A stretch of 64,000 nt of DNA from Turneriellaceae bacterium (lineage in GTDB: Bacteria; Spirochaetota; Leptospiria; Turneriellales; JAOUFE01), in NCBI GenBank assembly GCA_050304475.1, contig JBNLDQ010000003.1, positions 53,491 through 117,490 on the forward strand. Reading direction: 5' to 3'. The notes beneath the pieces were generated by a model. That model searched no databases. It was not told where the DNA came from and worked only from the letters and a program-made list of their open reading frames with translations. Position numbers and translations under genes: made by a program. Shown here piece after piece: positions 27,850 through 37,773 of the stretch. Position 1 is the stretch's first letter. Each line of letters begins with the position of its first letter.

Positions 27850-28325
27850 AACATACACTATCGGTTATGGTCAACAACAGTTCCGGTGTTTTAAGTCATG
27901 TCTCCAGCCTCTTTACCCGGCGGGGGTACAACATTGATTCGCTCTCCGTCGCAGAAACCGAAAACCCGGCGCGCTCTGTGATTACTTTGGTTGTCAACGA
28001 GAACGACAGAATGGTTGCTCAAATCGTCAAACAACTCTACAAGCTCATGGACGTTATCTCCATTGAAGATTTAACGCAAACCCCGGCGCTGGAAAGAGAA
28101 TTGATTTTAATGACCGTTCAATCAAACAGAAAAAATCGCGAGGAATTGCTCAGTCTGGTCGATGTTTTTAAGGCGACCGTTGTAGATATGACCGAAGCGG
28201 AAATTATGATTGAGCTGAGCGGCAACCCGAGAAGAATTAATTCTTTTATCAAAGCCTTTCGCGAATACGGAATCGTTCGTATGGCACGAACCGGCGCCAT
28301 CGCGTTGCCTTTCCCGGTCGCATAA
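27846..28325 (+). CDS. ilvN: Acetolactate synthase small (regulatory) subunit
   Basis: ACT-domain N-terminus [37 protein letters not shown] overlap with ilvB. Confidence 0.9.
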   Translation: MKHTLSVMVNNSSGVLSHVSSLFTRRGYNIDSLSVAETENPARSVITLVVNENDRMVAQIVKQLYKLMDVISIEDLTQTPALERELILMTVQSNRKNREELLSLVDVFKATVVDMTEAEIMIELSGNPRRINSFIKAFREYGIVRMARTGAIALPFPVA

Positions 28326-28341
28326 CGATAACGAGGTATAC

Positions 28342-29478
28342 ATGATCAATATTTCTTTTAGCCGGAACAAAAGGCCGTTAGCTGTACGCTTTCTCGGCTT
28401 GTCATTTTTGTCGGTTTTGGGCGTCTATGCCTGTTCGCCCTCGGCGCAAGATTATGTCGAACGGGCGCAATCGGCCCTGGAAGAACAGGATGCGAAAAAA
28501 GCCCTGGAGCTGTACCGTAACGCATTCGATGTCTCGCTCCCCGACGAATTCTTCATCGATGATCTGGACGATACCTATACGGATCTCTTTGTGTCATTGG
28601 ACGGTAAAACCGTTTTAACGGTCCGCAACCGGGGCGACCGGACAAAAAGCTATATTGCAGTTTACCGTCCGGCAGGCGATATCTTTGAAAGCGAAAGCCT
28701 GACCGGGTACATCCACTCCGCATCCATTTCGCCCAACGGACATTACGCCGCCTTTACCGTGAAAAATCCGGAACTGCCGGAATGCCGTTTGCTGAGCTGG
28801 AACCTTGACGAATGGGAAAAAGAGTCTTATGAAACCTCCGTTGACTGCCAGCAAAGGCCGGGGATTTCAAGCCAGGGGATATTGCTCTTTATGCGCGAAG
28901 GAAAAATCTTTGCATACGATTTTGGGTACCATGAAATCATAGAAAACTACATTGAAAAAACGCCGGATCCGCCTATCCCCGGAATGCCCGCCTGGGCCAG
29001 TTTTGAATTTTCCATTGCCAATATTCCTTTTTTCACCTTTGGCTCGGCCGGTTCATACAAGCTCTACTCGCTGAAAAATCGCAAAATGTCGCTATTGTCC
29101 AAAGACGCTTCGGCAAGCCGGATTTATTTTTATCCGGGGGAGTCATACCCCGGCGTCATCACCGGCGGGGCCAACAACCATCAAATCCGTTTTTATGATC
29201 CCGATCATCCGGGCGATTTGGAAAAATCATACCCTGTACGTTACTGGAAAGATGCGCTCTTTTTCGGCAGAGACTACTATTATTTTGTAGAAGACAATCG
29301 TCTCTATGTCTCTTCAAAAGGCGATAGCGAAGCAATGAATATCTGGGCCCGTAAAATTTATTCCGGAACCGGCGGGTTGATTTATGTACTCACCCCCCCC
29401 GGCCATTTAATACAATTGCAAAACCTTGACCTGCCGCCCGAATCGACGCGGATTTTTCAACTGGGCTGGGAACTCTAA
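28342..29478 (+). CDS. Hypothetical lipoprotein (possible beta-propeller)
   Basis: Lipobox-like LGVYAC and a short TPR-like helix pair, followed by beta-rich sequence. No recognisable catalytic motif. Confidence 0.55.
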   Translation: MINISFSRNKRPLAVRFLGLSFLSVLGVYACSPSAQDYVERAQSALEEQDAKKALELYRNAFDVSLPDEFFIDDLDDTYTDLFVSLDGKTVLTVRNRGDRTKSYIAVYRPAGDIFESESLTGYIHSASISPNGHYAAFTVKNPELPECRLLSWNLDEWEKESYETSVDCQQRPGISSQGILLFMREGKIFAYDFGYHEIIENYIEKTPDPPIPGMPAWASFEFSIANIPFFTFGSAGSYKLYSLKNRKMSLLSKDASASRIYFYPGESYPGVITGGANNHQIRFYDPDHPGDLEKSYPVRYWKDALFFGRDYYYFVEDNRLYVSSKGDSEAMNIWARKIYSGTGGLIYVLTPPGHLIQLQNLDLPPESTRIFQLGWEL

Positions 29479-29519
29479 CCCGGCTACCCTGCGGAAAATC
29501 TTACGGCAGGTTGCCGCAG

Positions 29520-31685
29520 CTATTGTATCGATAAAATAATATCAGGCCGCCCCGGTAAAATTTCCGGCTTGGGTAAGGTCAATCCTGTTACCCTCATCGT
29601 GGCAAACGAGCTTTGACCGGTCAGTTGCACATTGCCGTCTTCCACAAATTGCGGCATGACCTCCCAGATAAAACTGCCGTCGCTAAACGATGTCACGCTT
29701 GTTAAATCATAGAAGTTGTTTCGAAGCAACTCCGATACCAGGATCTCTGCGCTATCGGCTTTTTTACGGTATATTTTAAATACATACTGGTTTGCGCCGG
29801 GGCTCTCTTCCCAACGGAATCTCATTTTCACCAGATCATCGCCTTTCACCAGAGCGCCGGGCCGCGGGTATTCAATCTTGGGAGTAATCAACGACTTTTT
29901 CAGTTCAAAACTTCTCTGTTTGCTGGCCGTCAGTTTTTTTTCCCGTTTCGTGTCGGTGACATCATACGCCGAAACGCGCCAGTGGTAAACGCCATTGTCC
30001 GGAAAATCGGACAAACCGGCTGAGTTGGTATTTACATAAAGCGTTCGCACAATACTATCAAAACCGGGGTCCGAAGCGATTTCCAACTTGTACTGGAAAG
30101 AACCTTTCAGACGATTCCAGACGAATTCCAGTTCCTGTTTTCTTCGGGTATCGACATACACGCCGGCCACAAAATTCTGGGTGGGTTCAATCAAGGTAAT
30201 CTCTTCCATCGGAACAACCTTCACAAAGCTGACTTCCGATTCCCTTGTTTTATCGCCGGTTTCCATCACGCCGGTGACAGTCCAGTAAAAGGTTTCAAGC
30301 CCGAGGTTCTCCGGAATGGAAAATACATTTTTTGTGGTTTCCAAAGAAGTTACCAATTCATTTTTATTGCGGTCTTTATAAATAGAGACAAGATAACGGT
30401 CGGCTTCGCGTATGGCATTCCAACTCAACTTGGCGTCGCCTTCTTCGACCTTATTCATATAAAGTTCGGCTCCGTTAGGCGTAATTAACACGGGCGGTTT
30501 TGCCGTGCTTACCTTGACCACGTCAAACGAACGCACCGGGTATTTGATTGTATTGACAATCCCCGCCTGGCCGTAATTGCATTCAATGCTCCAATAATAG
30601 GTCCCGGCTTCGGGCACCTTCACGTTCATGCTTACCATTGGCGTTACAATATTTTGATTGTACGAGCCGCTAAAATCGGCCGAGTTCGATATTCTCACAC
30701 GGCTCATTTGGCACAATTTCGAGTTACGCCAGTTTAGTGTCACCAATGGCAACTCAACCAAATATTCAATCGTTTGATTGGCTACCGGTGAAATCAAAAG
30801 CGGCGGGGTATCCTGTACGACGTTAACGGCCGCGGTTGGCGACGCAAATTGCCGGTTTTCGCCTGCTCCGGTAACTTTCCAGAAATAGGTGCCGGGGCGG
30901 GCTGTGATGACGATTGAATCTTCGCCGGTCACATTCAATTCTCTTTTTTTCTCAAAGGTAGCCGTGTTAGAAAGAACAAGGCGGGCGTCGGGTATCGCTT
31001 CAGGCGCTTCCCATTGTAGCCGCATGTTCGTCGAAGCTTCACCCATGATAATCACATGACCGTCGGCCGGCTCGACAATATTCACGTTGATTTTTTCAAT
31101 TTTAATATTCGCTTCTTTATCAATCGACAGGTTTTCGCCCTGCTCTACGGCCTGCTTTTCGCCGGTCTCGGTTTCAATCATAACCGCCCCTGAATTAACA
31201 GCCATGCTTAGGGCTCCTTCTTCGCTAATGGTCATCGAGGCTTCCGCATTGCTGATATCGATTGCCTGACCAAGCTCGGTCAAGATAAACGCCGACTCGC
31301 TGCCTGCGGCTCCCGCAGAGTTGACCTTACCCGTTTTCAGTTTCAGAGCGGTTTTGTTTTTAAAATTTTCAAGTACTACCATGGAGTTAGGCGCCAGATC
31401 AAAAACAATGCCGTTATTTAATTCCAGTCTCGCGTCGGAATTTTCTTTTGTTAAAATGGAATCCAGAGGATAAACGGGAGATTGAGTTTCAATATCTTCC
31501 CAGACAACGCGCTCCTGGTATTTTCGCAAAACTTCAAACCTTTTGAATGTCAAAACCCCCACGGGTTCGACATCCCCGGATCGCTCGATTTTGAGATTCA
31601 TATGCCAGGAGAGAACGCTAACGCAGAGAGCCAATAGCAACGCGTTGGTTGTCAGAAAAATAAAGTCGGTCCGGCTAAATGTCAT
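29520..31685 (-). CDS. FecR-domain protein with repeated Ig/FN3-like domains
   Basis: N-terminal TM, then a FecR-like segment (VVWEDIETQSPVYPLDSILTKENSDARLELNNGIVFDLAPNSMVVLE). At least 5 repeats carry an aromatic-W-x-V signature (GTYFWKV, GTYYWSI, ETFYWTV, GVYHWRV, GSFIWEV). Confidence 0.7.
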   Translation of the reverse strand: MTFSRTDFIFLTTNALLLALCVSVLSWHMNLKIERSGDVEPVGVLTFKRFEVLRKYQERVVWEDIETQSPVYPLDSILTKENSDARLELNNGIVFDLAPNSMVVLENFKNKTALKLKTGKVNSAGAAGSESAFILTELGQAIDISNAEASMTISEEGALSMAVNSGAVMIETETGEKQAVEQGENLSIDKEANIKIEKINVNIVEPADGHVIIMGEASTNMRLQWEAPEAIPDARLVLSNTATFEKKRELNVTGEDSIVITARPGTYFWKVTGAGENRQFASPTAAVNVVQDTPPLLISPVANQTIEYLVELPLVTLNWRNSKLCQMSRVRISNSADFSGSYNQNIVTPMVSMNVKVPEAGTYYWSIECNYGQAGIVNTIKYPVRSFDVVKVSTAKPPVLITPNGAELYMNKVEEGDAKLSWNAIREADRYLVSIYKDRNKNELVTSLETTKNVFSIPENLGLETFYWTVTGVMETGDKTRESEVSFVKVVPMEEITLIEPTQNFVAGVYVDTRRKQELEFVWNRLKGSFQYKLEIASDPGFDSIVRTLYVNTNSAGLSDFPDNGVYHWRVSAYDVTDTKREKKLTASKQRSFELKKSLITPKIEYPRPGALVKGDDLVKMRFRWEESPGANQYVFKIYRKKADSAEILVSELLRNNFYDLTSVTSFSDGSFIWEVMPQFVEDGNVQLTGQSSFATMRVTGLTLPKPEILPGRPDIILSIQ

Positions 31686-33730
31686 GATTCGTCCAGAATT
31701 TCGTATTTGACTTCTTCTTCGTCCCCGACAACGGCAGCCTTGCCTTTTTCAGGTTCGGTAAAATCAATGCCAACCATGCTCCTCATTTCCCGGAGCGTTT
31801 TCGGTGCGTTGGGATCGTCAACCCGGCCTAGTACTGCAAAAATTTGCTGCGGGGCCGACTTCCCCTTCACTTTAATTTTCTGCATGGGCGCACAGTTGAA
31901 AATACCCTCTACGCGCGAATGAGTCTCTTCCGAAATCAAGATATCGGTGCCGAAGGGTTTGTTGAGAGCCTCAATACGGGAAGCCAGGTTCACGGCATCG
32001 CCAATTACGGTATACTCCAAACGGTCGTTTGAACCGATTTGGCCCGCGAGAACCGGCCCGCTGTTTAAACCCGACCCGATCTTAATCACCGGTTTTTTCG
32101 GGCCGCCGCGGTTTTTGTTGAATTCAATGAGCGAAGCCCGCATCATGAGCGCCCCGTTAATTGCGTTTTCTTCGTCGTGCCCCTTGCTGCTGGGAACGCC
32201 CCAAACCGCCATAATCGCGTCGCCAATAAACTTATCTACCACGCCATTTGTCCGGTTGATACAATCGACCATGATTGTCATATATTCATTTAAAAATTCC
32301 ACAACCTCTTCCGGTTGCAAACTTTCCGATATTTTGGTAAAAGAGCGAATGTCCGAAAAGAAAATCGTAGCTTGTTTGCGTTCGCCGCCCAGCTTAATTT
32401 CACCTTTCATGGCTTGTTCCGCAATTTCGGGGTTCACAAACTTGTTCAAGGCGCCTTTTAGTTTTTCACGTTCTTCCAAACCCTGGGTCATCAAATTAAA
32501 AGAGCGGGTAAGGTGGCCTACCTCATCTCTGGTAGTCGCCTTCACATACTGGCTATAATTGCCTTTTTTAATTTCATTGCTGGCCAAGACCAAACGCTTG
32601 AGCGGTTCGGACATGGTTTTGGCAAAAAAGTAAAGAAGGGTAATCACGACAATCAAGACAATGACAGTGATTAGCGCCGATCTGATTTTAACGATATTGG
32701 ACGCTTCCAACGCAATGTCTTCCGATACCTGGGAAATTACCAGCAAGTTCCCGGTTTCCATACGCTGGTAAGCCGCAAACTGACCCGATTGCTCCTCATC
32801 CAGGTAACGGAACGTTCCGTTGGGCGATGTTTGTTCCAGAATTCGTTTGATTTCGGTCTGGTTTGCCACATTTTCCAGGTTCATTACCGCAGAATCATCA
32901 TAGTGACCGACAACAAAACCTTCATTGTCAATCATAATGATCTTGGTATACCCGCGCGGTTCAAATGCCGTCAGCATTTGCTCCATTTTAACTAACACAA
33001 TCTTTAATCTTGAGATCAGGTTGTTTTCGTCAATGTCGGGCGAGATAATGCATAGAACAGGTAAATTGTACAGCGGCGAAACGTTTTTCACGACAACAAA
33101 CCCGCGAAACGCCATGGCCATGTCTTGTTCCATGCCCAAAGTATTTCTTCTTACGGCGCTTACGTTAATGCCCGCCCGGTTCAAGGCGGCGGCGCTGTAA
33201 AAATCGGTCTGCAAGTCAGCTAATATATCATCGCCGTTAATGGCCCCCTGAATTTCAGCCGCATACAAAAGATCCGTATCGCCTGAAAAAAACTGGCGCA
33301 CGACGGACCGGCGGGCTTCCACCTGCCCCTTTCGGCCGGCTCGCTCATAAATCGAAAACATAAGTTTCGCCTGGTCAATGTGCGTGAGAAATCCGGTTTC
33401 AATTTTTTCGGACAATAGTTTCGTCGTCTGTAAATTAGAAGAGTAAATTCGATTGATCGTATCGGCTTCAAAAGTATCGATCGCAATAATCGTGATTACA
33501 AACAAACTAAGAATACTGACGGTGGACATGATTCCCACCAGTTTGGTCCGGATTGGAATTTCCAGTATTTGGTAAGCTTTTTTAAAATCCTTAGGTGAAA
33601 AAATTAACTTAAAAAGATCGGTAAGATGCGAGGTTTTTTCAAGTCCATCTTCTGTATCTGTCGGTATTATTTCTTCTGTTTCTTTCGTTCCCTCTTTTGC
33701 TGCCCTGTCATCCCCAGGTTCCATACGCAC
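31682..33730 (-). CDS. Membrane-bound class III adenylate/guanylate cyclase with periplasmic sensor and HAMP domain
   Basis: TM, a roughly 270-aa extracytoplasmic domain, TM, HAMP (EPLKRLVLASNEIKKGNY...DEVGHLTRSFNLM), then CYCc (ATIFFSDIRSFT, FIGDAIMAVWG, IGDAVNLASRIE). ATGA overlap with the FecR gene. Confidence 0.85.
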   Translation of the reverse strand: MRMEPGDDRAAKEGTKETEEIIPTDTEDGLEKTSHLTDLFKLIFSPKDFKKAYQILEIPIRTKLVGIMSTVSILSLFVITIIAIDTFEADTINRIYSSNLQTTKLLSEKIETGFLTHIDQAKLMFSIYERAGRKGQVEARRSVVRQFFSGDTDLLYAAEIQGAINGDDILADLQTDFYSAAALNRAGINVSAVRRNTLGMEQDMAMAFRGFVVVKNVSPLYNLPVLCIISPDIDENNLISRLKIVLVKMEQMLTAFEPRGYTKIIMIDNEGFVVGHYDDSAVMNLENVANQTEIKRILEQTSPNGTFRYLDEEQSGQFAAYQRMETGNLLVISQVSEDIALEASNIVKIRSALITVIVLIVVITLLYFFAKTMSEPLKRLVLASNEIKKGNYSQYVKATTRDEVGHLTRSFNLMTQGLEEREKLKGALNKFVNPEIAEQAMKGEIKLGGERKQATIFFSDIRSFTKISESLQPEEVVEFLNEYMTIMVDCINRTNGVVDKFIGDAIMAVWGVPSSKGHDEENAINGALMMRASLIEFNKNRGGPKKPVIKIGSGLNSGPVLAGQIGSNDRLEYTVIGDAVNLASRIEALNKPFGTDILISEETHSRVEGIFNCAPMQKIKVKGKSAPQQIFAVLGRVDDPNAPKTLREMRSMVGIDFTEPEKGKAAVVGDEEEVKYEILDES

Positions 33731-33954
33731 TCCGTTTCACACTTTGATTGGAAACTTATTCAAGTTCGTTTCCATGCCTGCCACCATATCTTATTTGTTC
33801 TATTTCATTATTAGAAATGCCTAATCAATCATGATCCACAATTTGTCAAGTTGTCTTTAAACATACTCCGGGAATATTTTCAGTAAAAGCATAAGAATCG
33901 TGAAATTTATATTGACAGTCTGAAGTAAGTCACCACGCTATCTTTTACGAATGG

Positions 33955-33970
33955 CCATGCAATTGCATGG
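33955..33970. promoter_or_regulatory. 16-bp perfect palindrome upstream of the hemerythrin gene (candidate operator)
   Basis: CCATGCAATTGCATGG read directly. Lies 59 nt upstream of ATG 34029 in the divergent cyclase/hemerythrin intergenic region. Confidence 0.4.
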
Positions 33971-34028
33971 GAGACAACCGGAAAATCTTGCACTGACTTG
34001 AATAAGATTTCCACTGAAGGACTAATAG

Positions 34029-34436
34029 ATGGGAAGATGGATCAACTGGAGCAGCGACCTCGCCTTGGGGATCGATGAAATCGACGAGCAACACAAAGTG
34101 TTGGTAGAGATCTTAAACGACGTATATGAAGCGGTTAACTCCGGTTCAAAAGATGAGAAAAAACTGAAAAAAATCATCGATGGCATGCTGCGGTATGTGA
34201 ATTTTCATTTCGTTACCGAAGAGATGAAAATGATCAAAACCAATTACACTGACTACAAAAGTCATAAGGCAGAGCATGACGCCTTTGTTGAAAAGGCGCT
34301 GGAATTCCAGGCCGCTTTTCGCGAAGGAAGCACTACTCTCCCCGAAGACATGATGGACTTTTTAAAAACCTGGCTTGTAAATCACATCCAGGGTACAGAC
34401 AGAGAATACGTCCCTTATTTTAGCCGCCAAAAATAA
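34029..34436 (+). CDS. Hemerythrin-like (bacteriohemerythrin) protein
   Basis: WSSDLALGIDEIDEQHKVL...HFVTEE...HKAEHDAFV...WLVNHIQGTDREY: the His/Glu/Asp di-iron ligand pattern. Confidence 0.85.
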   Translation: MGRWINWSSDLALGIDEIDEQHKVLVEILNDVYEAVNSGSKDEKKLKKIIDGMLRYVNFHFVTEEMKMIKTNYTDYKSHKAEHDAFVEKALEFQAAFREGSTTLPEDMMDFLKTWLVNHIQGTDREYVPYFSRQK

Positions 34437-34451
34437 TCGGTCTTGGCGGCT
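34422..34451 (+). terminator. Hairpin overlapping the hemerythrin stop codon (possible terminator)
   Basis: AGCCGCCAA (34422-34430) and TTGGCGGCT (34443-34451) form a 9-bp perfect stem. No U-tract follows. Confidence 0.3.
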
Positions 34452-34533
34452 GCGATTCAGCGTTAAATTATTGTTGCAGTTCGTGGATTGAAAGAATATC
34501 AATCTCAGTAACACCGGCCGCTAAACCGGAGTT

Positions 34534-34938
34534 TTAATTAAAACCCTGTTCACGGAAAAATTCCGAATATTTCATATCAGTACTCATAATGTGATTGGTC
34601 AGCCAATCTTTCAGAAAATACAACAACTGAATATTCACTAAATTACTGCTTGAATTTAGCTTTTCCCGCATGTTTGAAATTTCGCCAATGAATTTTTCAT
34701 GCTCTTTGCGATGGGCTTCCAGGTGCTGGTAGTTGTATTTCACCATCAGCTCTTCTTCTTCCTGAAAATGGGATTCCGCATAATCAAATAAATTGATAAT
34801 CACCTTCCGGATAATTTCCATATCTTTCCCGGCTTTCATGTTTTCATGAACTTCATTGATTAAATTAATCAATTTTTTATGAGCATTATCAAAACGCTCT
34901 ATTTTTACCGAATATTTTTCCTTCCACTCGAGAATCAT
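34534..34938 (-). CDS. Hemerythrin-like (bacteriohemerythrin) protein
   Basis: LEWKEKYSVKIERFDNAHKKL...HFQEEE...HRKEHEKF...WLTNHIMSTDMKY. Start set at ATG 34938, preceded by GGGGGAG. Confidence 0.85.
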   Translation of the reverse strand: MILEWKEKYSVKIERFDNAHKKLINLINEVHENMKAGKDMEIIRKVIINLFDYAESHFQEEEELMVKYNYQHLEAHRKEHEKFIGEISNMREKLNSSSNLVNIQLLYFLKDWLTNHIMSTDMKYSEFFREQGFN

Positions 34939-35037
34939 AATGCTCCCCCCGTCTACTTTCTGCACAAATTACATTTTTTTTAACCATTCAATAAGCTGGC
35001 ATTGACCACGCAATAATTTTTTATGGTTCCGGTGGCG

Positions 35038-35640
35038 TCATGCACCGGTTTCATTCCGATACCATTGTTGAACCAGTTGTTTGTATGGGCTTTCCGGATA
35101 CCGATAGTAAAAAGAGTTTACCAGATATTTTACGTTCTCGTCAACACTTTTCTTCCCCTTCCGGAAATAGGCTTCAATCAAAGCCATATGAGCCCGTTGT
35201 GAAATCAAACCGTCTTTCGGAGTTTTTTCGGGGAAACCGGCCTTTTTCAGCGGGACAATCGCCTCTTCATACCTGCCAAGGTCCACATACGCCAGGCCTT
35301 GGTATAATAAAAGTTCCAGGCGAATATCGTCATCGCCGGCCCTACTCAAACCAAGAGAAGTCGCCCACAACGTTTCGGCGAAACGCCCGGCGAGATACGC
35401 CCTTGCCGCATACCGCGAAAGGGTCCGGGCATCGTAATGGCAGTTTGAATCGGAGTAACGCAACGCAAAATAGACCTTTCGCAGGCTTTTTTCGGTTTGA
35501 ATTAAACTTTCATTGCACCCCGTTGCCCCCCAAACCGGGCCAGAAGACAAAGAAAACGTAAAAGAGACGCCAATCAAAGCACCAAAAGCAATAAAAACGG
35601 CCCGTTTCGCTAATAACGATAAAAAACATGCCTTTTTCAT
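35038..35640 (-). CDS. Hypothetical secreted TPR-like protein
   Basis: Signal peptide and helical repeats (LLLYQGLAYVDLGRYEEAIVPLKKA). The opposite-strand ORF 35040..35561 is judged a shadow. Confidence 0.5.
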   Translation of the reverse strand: MKKACFLSLLAKRAVFIAFGALIGVSFTFSLSSGPVWGATGCNESLIQTEKSLRKVYFALRYSDSNCHYDARTLSRYAARAYLAGRFAETLWATSLGLSRAGDDDIRLELLLYQGLAYVDLGRYEEAIVPLKKAGFPEKTPKDGLISQRAHMALIEAYFRKGKKSVDENVKYLVNSFYYRYPESPYKQLVQQWYRNETGA

Positions 35641-35780
35641 CGTATTGTCTCCATAATTTATTTACGGCTTTCATTCAAGCAATCTTAAAAGCGCCGTTCA
35701 TAAAATCCGGAATAATCCGAAACCAGCTGAAGTGAGTCTGGAAGTGAAAAAAAACTTATGAAAAAAAAACCTATAATACA

Positions 35781-35808
35781 ATTGGGCCTGTCCAACGACA
35801 GGCCCAAT
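35781..35808 (-). terminator. Strong hairpin downstream of the Cys-rich repeat gene
   Basis: ATTGGGCCTGTC-CAAC-GACAGGCCCAAT, a 12-bp perfect stem. On the minus strand a T9 run follows about 10 nt later. Confidence 0.45.
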
Positions 35809-35873
35809 ATCCGATAACGGTGAAAAAACCGTTTCCCGCTTTTCCTCTCCCTTTTGGTAAGGGCTGGTTCAAA

Positions 35874-37529
35874 TTAAGGAGAGGTCGCCCAAATGCTATA
35901 CGTTCCCATATCACCGTAATAGTAAGGTGTTACTTGAATGGTGATATCCTCGTTAATAGGGGCCAGATAGACAACTCCTGCGTTAAAGAACCCGCTGTCC
36001 GCACTACCGATAAAATTACCAGCCGAATCCAGTACGTCAACCCAAACATCCAGGGTAGAAGCGCCATTGCCTTCATACGCATCATCCCACCAAATGGAGT
36101 AGGTATTGCCGGCAGTCACTGTCAAAGCATAGGTATCCATCGTGCCGGTTAAATTGCCGTTGATTGCATTGGCGGCGCCTACAGTAAGGGGTGTTGTAAC
36201 GGGTCCTCCGCCGCCGGCTCCCGAATCTACGCGAACGCCAATATTCCCGGCGCTGAAAGCGTCATACGGGATAATCCACAAATAGACATTCCCCGTCTCT
36301 GACGCTAAAAAGGTATAGGGCCCCACCGGAACCTCCCAGGTACAGTTGGTGGTGCTAAAGCCGCAGTCCTTGTTTTGAAAAATCAAGGCCTGGCTTTCAT
36401 ACCAGGCGGTGACCATGGCATCCGCAGGGTATATCCCTGATCCGTCGTATGAATCATCCCATGTAACGGTATACTGCGTCCCCTGGGTGACAGGGAATGA
36501 TGCAAAGATTCCTGTTGTCGGAATTGTAACTGTTTGCATCACACCGGCGTCTACCGTGATTGCGATAGCCCCTACAGGCGGCCATACGCCAAAGTCAATG
36601 TCATATATCAACAACGGGACAGATGAGAAATTATCCACCCAACTGACTGAATCGACCAAGACAAAGTGAGTTGGCGAAAGCATCGACCAGCGGTATTCAA
36701 CCATATCACCGGTTACATTGTTCACTAATAGAATAACCGGCGAGATTCTGCTCCCTGCAAGTGATCCGACAATAGTCACCGGGATCGTATACGTTGTTTG
36801 ACCGACCGCACCAAAGGATGACGCTGAACCATAGGTTGTATAAGAGTAATTGGTGTAATCCATCTCCATAAAGTCAATCCAAACTTCATCGGTTGAGCTG
36901 ACATTCAACGTAAACGTAATGGTATCGCCATCCAGAAAACCGCCGTTCGAACCGGAAGGCGTACCCGTAGAGCTAATGCTGTTTAAGGCAGGAAATCCGC
37001 TCAATGCGTTGATAGTACATGAATTGCTACATGCGTCATTGTCAATTTGGTTGCCGTCATCGCATTGCTCGCCCGGTTCCAGCATACCATTACCGCAGGT
37101 AGCTTCCGTTTGGCATGATGCGTCGCATCCGTCGCCCGGGATTAAGTTACCGTCATCGCACTGTTCGCCAATCGCATAAGTAACGATAAAGTCGCCGCAA
37201 TAAGGTTCTATGTGACAGGTAGCGTCGCAACCGTCGCCTGCAACCAGATTGCCGTCATCGCATTGTTCCCCATTGATGGTCTCGACAACACTGTTCCCGC
37301 AGATATTGCGTTCCAGAAAACATTGCGAATCGCATCCGTCGCCTGAGACAGTATTGCCGTCGTCGCACTGTTCGCGCAAGCTCTGATCGACAATGCCGTC
37401 GCCGCAAGAACTTGTAATCCCTTTTTTTAGTTCTTGCACGGCTTCCTTAATATCGCCGCAATTTCCGGCAAAACCGGCAAATGACAATATCGCTGCCATT
37501 TGTAATATAATTCCTATTTTCCGATTCAT
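35874..37529 (-). CDS. Cys-rich repeat (DUF4215 / Myxococcus-type) lipoprotein with C-terminal beta-sandwich domains
   Basis: Four repeats CG(D/N)xxxxxxxEQCDDGNxxxGDGCxxxC, then repeated segments with a W(D/W)D(S/A)Y(D/E)G(S/N)G signature (pre-peptidase C-terminal-like). Start at ATG 37529, preceded by GGGGGAGAG. Confidence 0.75.
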   Translation of the reverse strand: MNRKIGIILQMAAILSFAGFAGNCGDIKEAVQELKKGITSSCGDGIVDQSLREQCDDGNTVSGDGCDSQCFLERNICGNSVVETINGEQCDDGNLVAGDGCDATCHIEPYCGDFIVTYAIGEQCDDGNLIPGDGCDASCQTEATCGNGMLEPGEQCDDGNQIDNDACSNSCTINALSGFPALNSISSTGTPSGSNGGFLDGDTITFTLNVSSTDEVWIDFMEMDYTNYSYTTYGSASSFGAVGQTTYTIPVTIVGSLAGSRISPVILLVNNVTGDMVEYRWSMLSPTHFVLVDSVSWVDNFSSVPLLIYDIDFGVWPPVGAIAITVDAGVMQTVTIPTTGIFASFPVTQGTQYTVTWDDSYDGSGIYPADAMVTAWYESQALIFQNKDCGFSTTNCTWEVPVGPYTFLASETGNVYLWIIPYDAFSAGNIGVRVDSGAGGGGPVTTPLTVGAANAINGNLTGTMDTYALTVTAGNTYSIWWDDAYEGNGASTLDVWVDVLDSAGNFIGSADSGFFNAGVVYLAPINEDITIQVTPYYYGDMGTYSIWATSP

Positions 37530-37773
37530 ACTCTCCCCCAAAGAATCTGTTCATCGTGATCTTGGCGCCAATTTCAAAACGAACAGAGACACAAATTTTC
37601 CCTGAATTCTTCCCCTACTTTACAATTTACATAGCGAAGCATATCTGGTACACTTTTTTTTTATTTTTTATTTGTTTTTAAATCATTTCTTTTGACAGCC
37701 GGCAAAATCTGTTTTCCCGAGAGAGAACCCGGCAAGCCTGCTTGACAGCACAAGAGAGCGCTCTTCCTGAGCC

